Source: Chitinophaga pinensis (GTDB lineage Bacteria > Bacteroidota > Bacteroidia > NS11-12g > UBA955). Taken from it: 64,000 bases of DNA. Location of the stretch: NCBI GenBank assembly GCA_945877575.1, contig CAMDUE010000009.1, positions 7,173 through 71,172 on the forward strand, read 5' to 3'. Shown in pieces: positions 56,660 to 64,000 of the stretch (positions within the stretch are counted from its first letter, which is position 1; each line of letters opens with the position of its first letter). The notes beneath the pieces are model-generated. The model saw only the letters and a program-made list of their open reading frames with translations, was not told the origin of the DNA and made no database searches. A program made the position numbers and the translations under genes.

Positions 56660-59095
56660 ATGAAGAGACTGATCCTCGGTTTGATCACTGTTTTACTTGC
56701 GAATTTCGTGAGTGCGCAGGTATTGCAGCCGTTGGGTACGGGTTTGCCTGGAAAAGTAGTTGCTTCATACGCAACTGAAAGTGAATTTTTTGCTCTTTAC
56801 GAGGATGTAGAAACAGCACAGCCCAATGATTATACTTTGGCTCGCTGGAACGGAGTTTTTTGGCAGTTATATCCAGGATTGGAAACTCCAGAACCTGTAG
56901 AGGTTACAGAAGGGGTATACAACTTTCATTCAATTGTACTTTATAAAAACACCATTTATGTGGGTGCATACATTGCTAACGCCTCGAAAGACGCAGAGGT
57001 ACCTGTGACGCATTTGTATAAATGGAGCGAGTCTAAACAAAGTTGGGTTCCTGAAATTGGCGTGGTAGATACCCGAAATAACGGTATTGTATTTATGTCG
57101 GTTTTTGATGACAAATTGATGATTGCCGGACAGTTTGAATCTACAGTTGCTGGCAAGAGTATTCAGAATATTGCGGTATTTAATGGTAGTCAGTGGGATT
57201 ACATGGGTACTAGTGACATGGTTCAAGGAGCAAACGGATTGATTCGTGCGTTACAGCCATTGGGCAATAGATTGTACATGGCGGGTAACTTTTCGACCTT
57301 TGCGGGTGGTTCAACTGGAAACATTGCTTATTACACAGCTGCCAATGGTGGTTGGGGTGGAATAGGAAGTCCGTTCACTGGTGAAATTTTGGATATGGCC
57401 ACCTACAATGGCAGTTTGGCTGTTCTAGGTACCCAAACCAATGGTACACAAGAAGTTAGAATATTCAAAGGAACTTGGTCTTCGGCAATAGATTTCACCG
57501 GGTTTTCTACTGCAAACATTAAGAGTATTGCAGGAGCAGGTGACAATTTGGTTTTGGCCGGTGATTTTGTAAAAGACGGCAATGGTTCTTCTTTGTTGGT
57601 GTATGATGGTTCACAACTTTCTTTCACCGGGAATCGGTTAACTGGGCAGTTTAGCCTAGGTCAAAGGGGTAGTGAAGCTTTTGTTTGGGGAGATTTTAAA
57701 GAGTTAAATACAGACCTTAAGTATTTTTCTACCATTGTCTTTGCAACGGGTAATTTATACGGCGATTTATACTTTGATCTTGATGGTGACTGCATCAAAG
57801 ACGGGAACGAAATAGGTATCCCTGAAAGTATTATTAGAGCTATTCGTAAGTCTGATAAGCAGCAGTTTTTTACTGTAACTGATAAAAATGGGCACTTCAC
57901 ATTATCATTGCCTGAAGGTGATTATACTTTAGAACACATGTCTCGAAGACACATGTATAGTATTTGCACCGGAAACTATGCTACACAAGTCAGAAATGGT
58001 AAATATTCATCAGTAAGTTTGGGAGAGTATATGAGTCCAACAACCAAAGATTTGGAAGTGGCTTTAAATCCCATTTATCCTGCAGAATTGAAGGCAGGTG
58101 ATACTGTTCGAGCTTTGTTGGTTATAAAAAATCACGGGGCACAGAAGGTAAATAGTACTATTCATGTGGCCCATGATTTGCCATTGGCCGATTTTGAATC
58201 ATTCCCAGAAGCAGATAACTACGACGGAATTGAAGCAACATACTCATTGTCCAATTTAGAACCCTTTGAAACCCGTTCAATTATATTAAAGTATAAAATT
58301 CCGCATACTGCCACTGCTGAAAGTCGGTTTGGTTTGTATGTGAAAACTGGTTCGTTGTCAGCTCAAAACGATGCCTATCAAAATGATAATTTTGATACTA
58401 CCAAATTGAGTATTGGTAAGCGAGGAAATGGAGCGAATTCAGTTGAAAAAGTGGCTGACATTGGTTCTACAGTTGATTACAGAACCAAAACTTGGCTGTA
58501 CACTGTGAATTTCAGAAATACGGGAAGTTCATTTGTGAAGAAGGCTGTAATGATTGATACATTGTCAACTCAGCTACCCTTGCAAAGGATATTGTTGAAA
58601 TCTTTCTATCCGGTGAAAGCCCATTACAGCATTCAAAAGGGACGTATTTTAGTTGTGACTTTTGATCCTGCTAATTTGAAAACCTACGAGAGCAGTCCAA
58701 CACAATCTACAGGCTGGGTTCAATATCAATTAGATTTTTACGAGCAAATGGGCGTAAAAACTCAGGTTGATAATATTGCATATGTGAATTTTGACTCAAA
58801 ATGGGTAGGGGCATCTGAAAACTGTCAAGTGATGGTTATTGACGGTGCTATGTCTGTTAATAAGAGTCTAAACAAAAATGGTTTGAAGGTATATCCGAAT
58901 CCAGTAAAATCTGCATTGTCTGTTGAATGGTTACAGAGAGAGCTAGGTCAAGAATACCAAATATTGGATATGACCGGCAGAGTGGTATTGGCGGGAACGG
59001 TTGGAGAAGGCATTGTAAACGTAGTAGGATTGAATTCAGGTATTTATTTACTCAATACCCTTTCAAGCAGTACGAGATTCCAAGTATTGAAATAA
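56660..59095 (+). CDS. Large T9SS-sorted multidomain surface protein (N-terminal beta-propeller-like repeats, CnaB/SdrD-B-like domain, DUF11-like repeat, C-terminal sorting domain)
   Basis: Signal peptide MKRLILGLITVLLANFVSAQ (start at Met14 of the ORF-track entry). Repeated …AG(N/Q/D)F… blade motifs, DLDGDCIKDGNE…TVTDKNGHFTLSLPEGDYTLE, and the CTD KVYPNPVKSALSVEW…GIYLLNTLSSSTRFQVLK. Confidence 0.75.
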   Translation: MKRLILGLITVLLANFVSAQVLQPLGTGLPGKVVASYATESEFFALYEDVETAQPNDYTLARWNGVFWQLYPGLETPEPVEVTEGVYNFHSIVLYKNTIYVGAYIANASKDAEVPVTHLYKWSESKQSWVPEIGVVDTRNNGIVFMSVFDDKLMIAGQFESTVAGKSIQNIAVFNGSQWDYMGTSDMVQGANGLIRALQPLGNRLYMAGNFSTFAGGSTGNIAYYTAANGGWGGIGSPFTGEILDMATYNGSLAVLGTQTNGTQEVRIFKGTWSSAIDFTGFSTANIKSIAGAGDNLVLAGDFVKDGNGSSLLVYDGSQLSFTGNRLTGQFSLGQRGSEAFVWGDFKELNTDLKYFSTIVFATGNLYGDLYFDLDGDCIKDGNEIGIPESIIRAIRKSDKQQFFTVTDKNGHFTLSLPEGDYTLEHMSRRHMYSICTGNYATQVRNGKYSSVSLGEYMSPTTKDLEVALNPIYPAELKAGDTVRALLVIKNHGAQKVNSTIHVAHDLPLADFESFPEADNYDGIEATYSLSNLEPFETRSIILKYKIPHTATAESRFGLYVKTGSLSAQNDAYQNDNFDTTKLSIGKRGNGANSVEKVADIGSTVDYRTKTWLYTVNFRNTGSSFVKKAVMIDTLSTQLPLQRILLKSFYPVKAHYSIQKGRILVVTFDPANLKTYESSPTQSTGWVQYQLDFYEQMGVKTQVDNIAYVNFDSKWVGASENCQVMVIDGAMSVNKSLNKNGLKVYPNPVKSALSVEWLQRELGQEYQILDMTGRVVLAGTVGEGIVNVVGLNSGIYLLNTLSSSTRFQVLK

Positions 59096-59959
59096 ATTAA
59101 AATTACCCTTTTTAAGCTCCATCTCAATTTCTCTTTGAAGCAATTGAATGGATACATCACTCATTCTGTTTCGCTGAATGATTTTAAATGCTTTTTCAGC
59201 AAACAAGTATTTTTTTCGGGAATTCTGTTGGTTGACAGTTTCGTGTTTGGAAATTGCCTCTGCTAGGCTAGAGACTCCTTCATTTTGCATTGCTTGGGTT
59301 AAAACAACTGGACATTCCCACAATTCATTGGCACGAATATGAGCCAATTTCTTCAGGTAAGAAGCAAACGCGGCAGCGCCGTCTCTATCTGATTTGTTGA
59401 CCACGAAAATATCGGCAATTTCCATGATTCCGCTTTTGAGTGTTTGAATTTCATCGCCGCTTTCAGGTACTGAAACTACAATGGTGGTATCGGCTAATCC
59501 AGCAATTTCTATTTCACTTTGACCAACCCCTACGGTTTCGATGATGATGCGATCAAAGGGAGCATATTTTAGAACTTCTACCATTTCAATGATACTAGCA
59601 GATAGTCCGCCAAGTGATCCTCTAGAAGAAACGCTTCGAATGTATACATTGGGATTTAAGAAGAGCGATTGCATTCTCAATCTGTCACCAAGGAGTGAAC
59701 CAAAGTTGAAAGCACTGCTCGGATCTACAGCTAGAATGGCAATTTTATGATTCTTTTCTGCCCAGTAATTCACCAACGCATTCACCAATGTGGATTTACC
59801 TGCACCTGGAGGGCCGGTAATGCCAATGACGGGTGTGTTTCCGTTCATTTGTTTTAGAAGACTCAAAGCATTGGGGTGCTGGTTTTCTACCCAAGATAAG
59901 GCCCGAGCAATATGCAGCTCGTTGCCTATTTTGATTTGTGGCAGTTCAGGAATCAGCAT
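59063..59959 (-). CDS. meaB: Methylmalonyl-CoA mutase-associated GTPase MeaB/ArgK
   Basis: GITGPPGAGKSTL P-loop and VDPSS…GSLLGDRLRM signature. It converges on the T9SS gene with a 33-bp overlap. Confidence 0.85.
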   Translation of the reverse strand: MLIPELPQIKIGNELHIARALSWVENQHPNALSLLKQMNGNTPVIGITGPPGAGKSTLVNALVNYWAEKNHKIAILAVDPSSAFNFGSLLGDRLRMQSLFLNPNVYIRSVSSRGSLGGLSASIIEMVEVLKYAPFDRIIIETVGVGQSEIEIAGLADTTIVVSVPESGDEIQTLKSGIMEIADIFVVNKSDRDGAAAFASYLKKLAHIRANELWECPVVLTQAMQNEGVSSLAEAISKHETVNQQNSRKKYLFAEKAFKIIQRNRMSDVSIQLLQREIEMELKKGNFNLFQYLESRTA

Positions 59960-59975
59960 GTTTCAAATATACGTT

Positions 59976-60977
59976 TCAACTCCGAGTGTATGGTAAGTCT
60001 GATATTTTTAGGTGTCTGTCTGTTTGATGCAAGAAGCTACCTGCAATGGCAATCATTGCCGCATTATCTGTGCAATATTCAAATTTGGGAATGTAAGATG
60101 GGATATTATATTTTAGAGCAATTTTTGCAAATTCTGCTCGCAAAGGTTGGTTTGCAGACACCCCACCAACCAGCCCAATGGACTTGGGATTAAATTGTTT
60201 GATTCCTTTGGTCAATCGTTTACAGAGCATGTCAATCAAACATTTTTGGTATGACGCACAAACAGATGAAATTTCTTGTTCTAAGAACTGAGGATCAGTT
60301 TCAATTTGTTTCCGAAGAAAATACAAAAGTGAGGTTTTAATTCCCGAGAAACTAAAATCTAAATTGGAGGTTTGGCTATCGGGAAATGAATAGGTGTTTG
60401 GGTTTCCGTTTTCGGCTAATTTTGAGATAATGGGGCCGCCAGGATAACCCAAGTTCATGAGTTTTGCACCTTTGTCGAAGGCTTCTCCAACTGCATCATC
60501 AATGGTGTTACCAACTATGTTCATTTGATCGAATGATTCAACCATGATCAATTGTGTATGTCCTCCGGAAACCAACAAACAGAGCATAGGGAATTCAACT
60601 TGATGATCAATGAAAAGTGCAGCGACATGAGCTTGAAGATGATTTACGCCAATGAGGGGTTTGTTAAGGGCAATGGAAAGGCCTTTGGCTGTATTCAGTC
60701 CAACAATCAAGGAACCCATAAGCCCAGGCCCTTGTGTCACGGCAATTGCGTCAATGTTTTGGAGGGACATATTGGCAATTTTAAGTGCTTCATCAATAAC
60801 GGGAATGATGTTACTTTGATGCGCTCGAGAGGCCAATTCAGGTACCACGCCACCGTATTTTCGATGAACGTCTTGAGTGGCCATAACATTTGACAGTATA
60901 ACACCGTTATGAATCACAGCTGCAGCGGTATCGTCGCAACTGCTTTCAATGCCCAATATAGTGGAGTTGTGGCTCAT
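59976..60977 (-). CDS. tsaD: tRNA N6-adenosine threonylcarbamoyltransferase
   Basis: ILGIESSCDDTAAAV and the Kae1/TsaD HxxH metal-site architecture. Confidence 0.9.
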   Translation of the reverse strand: MSHNSTILGIESSCDDTAAAVIHNGVILSNVMATQDVHRKYGGVVPELASRAHQSNIIPVIDEALKIANMSLQNIDAIAVTQGPGLMGSLIVGLNTAKGLSIALNKPLIGVNHLQAHVAALFIDHQVEFPMLCLLVSGGHTQLIMVESFDQMNIVGNTIDDAVGEAFDKGAKLMNLGYPGGPIISKLAENGNPNTYSFPDSQTSNLDFSFSGIKTSLLYFLRKQIETDPQFLEQEISSVCASYQKCLIDMLCKRLTKGIKQFNPKSIGLVGGVSANQPLRAEFAKIALKYNIPSYIPKFEYCTDNAAMIAIAGSFLHQTDRHLKISDLPYTRS

Positions 60978-61019
60978 AGGTGGATTGGCGTATAGTATAA
61001 AAAAATATCTTTGAGGGAT

Positions 61020-64000
61020 TTGAAAAAACGGCAGTCAAAATTAAGAAAGTTCTTGCTTAGAACTCTACTGGCATTGGTATTTCTTTCCAGTGTGGTTGCC
61101 GTTTTGACTCGCAATAGAAAAGTTCAAACCCAGATTGCCCGTTATTTGACTTATAAATTCACAGAGTTGACCGGTGCAGATATCCACATTGGTTCGGTGG
61201 AAGTTGATTTTTTACGCAATTTCCATGTAGAGGATTTGGTGATTTTTGATCTGCATAAAGACACATTGTTAAAGCTGAAAAGCCTAGATTTCAGAATAAA
61301 CGAAGTGAATTTCCCCAAGAACACTGTGCGTGTGACTCAGGTAATCTTGAATCACGGCTATTTCAAGATGGGGCAATACCCTAATGAACCTCGTTTTAAT
61401 TATGAAATGATCTTAAATCGTCTGGGTTCGGATACCACATCCTCAAAACCCTGGGGTGTACAAGTTGATCAAATTAAATTAATTTCTACCGATTATGTCT
61501 ATTTCTCGGGTAGTCATCCCGAAAAATTGAACACAAAAGGAGAGTTTAATCCGAGTTATATCAGAGTGAATAAACTCACTGGCGAAATTGCAACATTGGA
61601 AGTTTTCAAAAATGGCAAGGTGACTTTTGATGTTAAGTCGTTGAATGGCGCTGAACGAAGCGGTTTTGTCATTGATGAACTAGCTACTCAAGGGGTTTTT
61701 TATAACAAACGACTGGAGTTGAATGCGCTTAGATTATTCTCTTTTGACACCCACATTGAAGGATTATTCAGCATGGATTGGTCTGCTAAAGATGCCATGA
61801 AAGATTTCTACCGGAAAGTGATTTTTCAGATGACGGTGGCATCATCGCCCATTAGATTGAGCGATATTGGCCCATTTGCACCTTGGTTGAAATCGCACAG
61901 TACTTCTTTGTTGTGTGATTTTACTCTAAAGGGGCCGCTTTCCGATTTGAGAAGCAAAGATTTTACAGCTTTGACATCAGCTGGAACCGAGTTGAATTTG
62001 AATTATCGGTTGACTGGACTACCCAACGTCTCAAAATTGGTGAGTACCGTCAAAATGAACGATTGCGTAATCGAAATGACCGATGCTATGGAAATGTTTG
62101 CCGGTGAGACATGGGGGGGGTATTTGGCTCGATTTGGAACTACTTATTGGAATGCTCAGCTTTTGATACCTATGGATTCCTTTGTCTTTAACGGGACTGC
62201 TCAAACAGATATTGGCGGCTATGACGGAGAATTCGCCCTTGATTTTTCGCAGGATGAGTCTATGCCCTTTAGACTTTTTGGCGAAACCAAAGGACTCCAA
62301 TTGAATGGATTTGCTACATCTCTCAAAGATTTTGGAGCGTTGAATGCAAGGGTTTCTGTTTTTGGTGACGGATTTGATGAGAATGCATCAGGTGATTTTG
62401 ATTTGGATATTCTAGACGTTATTTACAATGGGCAGATCTTGCAGAATTCTGCGCTGACTGGCACCTTGCAAAAAGGGGATCTTGAATTGAATGTTAAATC
62501 ATCAGACGTCAAATCTAAATTGGAACTCAGCTTACTCGGAGGCAATATTTTTGGACAAAATAAGAGTTTAAACGCACAACTAAATTTGAGCAAATTAGAT
62601 TTTAAGGCTCTTGGATTTGATACTGGAAATTTAGACGTCGCTGGAAAATTCAATATCGCTGTTAATGGTTCGTCTTGGGATGATTTAACGGGTTTAGTGA
62701 CCATTCAAGATGCAAGATTTCACAAGGGCAATGATGAATACATACTTAGAAATCAACTCATTCAACGCCCTACAACGGATTATTTGGGATTTAAGGGCGA
62801 TTGGGCCGAGGGAAGTATTTCTGGACCGTTGAAATTCACTCATACACCTGATTGGATTGATCACTTAAGCAATAATTTAGTGCCGGAGCGATTTAAAGAC
62901 ATTGGGTTTGCTTTGAATGATTCTATTTATTTCAGTTTGTTTTTACCCCAAACGGCTTGGATTGATGCTTTCTTGGTAAAGGGTTTGAAATTGGGTCCAT
63001 TGAACATCAAAGGCCATTATTTCGCACAAAACAATATTTGTGACCTCAAAATTGGGCCTTTTAGTTTGGAGTACGGAAAACTATACAGCGAACGGGTGCG
63101 CGTGAGCCTGTTAAAACCAACTACACACGGCATGACAAAATTGAGGGTGTCAACAAACTACATGTTGGTAGATAATACGGTTTATGATACCTTGGGATTT
63201 GCCTTCGATATCATGAAGGGTGGATACCAAGTAAAAACGTTGTTGCACGAAAAAGCTGATCGGTACTCCCTGGGTGTAGCTGGTACGGGAGCTATACATG
63301 AAGATTTTGCAAATTTGTATTTTCAAGAAACCTATCTCAGAATCCAAAAGCAATTTTGGACCTTAGATGATAAGGCTCGAATCAACTTTAATGAGAACAA
63401 TATAGAAGTGAATGATTTTTACATTGCAGACGCTACTCACTTTTTCCAAGTGGATGGAGTTGCAAGTAAATCGCATTCAGATACGTTAAAAGTTGAATTT
63501 GGGAATATAACACCCCGTGTTTTGACTCCGTTTTTCCCTTCGGGGACGTTTGATAGCTTGAATTTTAGGTCAAACGGTGCTGTTGCTTTGAGCGGTGTTT
63601 TTGGGGATTTGCAGTTTTTAGGGAATTTAGACATCAACAAGATAAAATATCAAAATTTTGAATACGGAAGTGCATCTGTTTCCATCGAAGAATCAGAAAT
63701 TCAAGGCAGACTGAAGGTTGATGCGTCAATGAGAACAGGTCCGTTGGAGAAAACTCGTTTCTACGGAACAGTGAGTCTTAAAGAAAACGAATCGGCTGAT
63801 TTGGATATTTTAGGTACCATTCCACAAAATTCTAGTTTGCAAATTTTAAAGCCGTTTTTAGATGGTGTAATAACGGTTAAAGAAGGGAAATTTGGCGGAA
63901 ATGTGCGTATTTCAGGAAAAAGTAATCGACCCAAAATCATGGGTTTATTGACCACAAATACAGTAAAATTAGGGGTTGATTATCTAGGAACAGATTATTA
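61020..64000 (+). CDS. Very large membrane-anchored protein, probable translocation-and-assembly module TamB / AsmA-like (DUF490); 3' partial, continues past the window end
   Basis: I read a single frame with no stop from 60996 to 64000; it is not in the ORF track because no stop codon falls in the window. Probable TTG start at 61020 (M/L-KKRQSKLRKFLLRTLLALVFLSSVVAVL gives an N-terminal TM anchor), followed by about 960 aa of beta-rich repetitive sequence. The TamB call rests on size, anchor and composition. Confidence 0.5.
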   Translation, partial: MKKRQSKLRKFLLRTLLALVFLSSVVAVLTRNRKVQTQIARYLTYKFTELTGADIHIGSVEVDFLRNFHVEDLVIFDLHKDTLLKLKSLDFRINEVNFPKNTVRVTQVILNHGYFKMGQYPNEPRFNYEMILNRLGSDTTSSKPWGVQVDQIKLISTDYVYFSGSHPEKLNTKGEFNPSYIRVNKLTGEIATLEVFKNGKVTFDVKSLNGAERSGFVIDELATQGVFYNKRLELNALRLFSFDTHIEGLFSMDWSAKDAMKDFYRKVIFQMTVASSPIRLSDIGPFAPWLKSHSTSLLCDFTLKGPLSDLRSKDFTALTSAGTELNLNYRLTGLPNVSKLVSTVKMNDCVIEMTDAMEMFAGETWGGYLARFGTTYWNAQLLIPMDSFVFNGTAQTDIGGYDGEFALDFSQDESMPFRLFGETKGLQLNGFATSLKDFGALNARVSVFGDGFDENASGDFDLDILDVIYNGQILQNSALTGTLQKGDLELNVKSSDVKSKLELSLLGGNIFGQNKSLNAQLNLSKLDFKALGFDTGNLDVAGKFNIAVNGSSWDDLTGLVTIQDARFHKGNDEYILRNQLIQRPTTDYLGFKGDWAEGSISGPLKFTHTPDWIDHLSNNLVPERFKDIGFALNDSIYFSLFLPQTAWIDAFLVKGLKLGPLNIKGHYFAQNNICDLKIGPFSLEYGKLYSERVRVSLLKPTTHGMTKLRVSTNYMLVDNTVYDTLGFAFDIMKGGYQVKTLLHEKADRYSLGVAGTGAIHEDFANLYFQETYLRIQKQFWTLDDKARINFNENNIEVNDFYIADATHFFQVDGVASKSHSDTLKVEFGNITPRVLTPFFPSGTFDSLNFRSNGAVALSGVFGDLQFLGNLDINKIKYQNFEYGSASVSIEESEIQGRLKVDASMRTGPLEKTRFYGTVSLKENESADLDILGTIPQNSSLQILKPFLDGVITVKEGKFGGNVRISGKSNRPKIMGLLTTNTVKLGVDYLGTDY

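Noticed and set aside
62031-63955. Several 60-90 aa minus-strand ORFs (62031-62300, 62423-62704, 63150-63353, 63437-63640, 63761-63955).
   Set aside because: All lie antisense within the uninterrupted TamB-like reading frame and have no signal, motif or context support.
1-64000. Search for mobile elements, prophage, CRISPR, tRNA/rRNA and defence-system signatures.
   Set aside because: I found no transposase or integrase motifs, no spacer-repeat architecture with unit length 28-37 bp, no intergenic gap long enough for tRNAs apart from the heptamer arrays, and no GC-content discontinuity. The only repeats are the 7-bp and 10-bp-unit arrays, which are far too short to be CRISPR repeats.

Overview
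This window is a dense, two-stranded chromosomal segment of about 40% GC that looks like a Bacteroidota genome, most likely Flavobacteriia- or Cytophagia-like. That placement is inferred from five proteins with type IX secretion (T9SS) C-terminal sorting domains, a Bacteroidetes-style carotenoid gene set (crtZ-crtI-crtB plus a crtD-like desaturase and a CruF/DUF422-like gene), HmuY-like proteins around a TonB-dependent receptor, a long Lgt and an ECF sigma/anti-sigma pair. There are about 55 protein-coding genes, mostly housekeeping (truB, murB, radA, dnaN, mutS2, folD, queE, glmM, ychF, tsaD, lysC, fbp, dsbD, gmhA, recO, meaB, ftcD, mtaB, lgt, yggS, a TamB-like 3' partial). I found no rRNA, tRNA, CRISPR array, transposase, integrase or phage genes, and no block with deviating composition. 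The most unusual content is non-coding. Four intergenic gaps (8996-9043, 40668-40833, 47926-48013, 52227-52433) are filled by related G-rich tandem arrays with a strict 7-bp period (GGTAGAG, GGTAGGG, RGACYAY, GGTACTT) plus a 10-mer, several of them with canonical G-quadruplex potential. Other points worth a second look: an anti-sigma factor whose conserved N-terminus has no canonical start codon; an ECF sigma / anti-sigma (beta-barrel) / T9SS beta-propeller cargo operon; a paralogous HmuY-like pair flanking a TonB-dependent receptor; a helically phased GTCA operator-like array upstream of a lone HscA-like Hsp70; and a T9SS substrate consisting almost only of signal peptide plus sorting domain. 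Several ORF-track entries carry artefactual N-terminal extensions (crtD, radA, hsp70, ftcD, crtI, glmM), and some starts are TTG or GTG.
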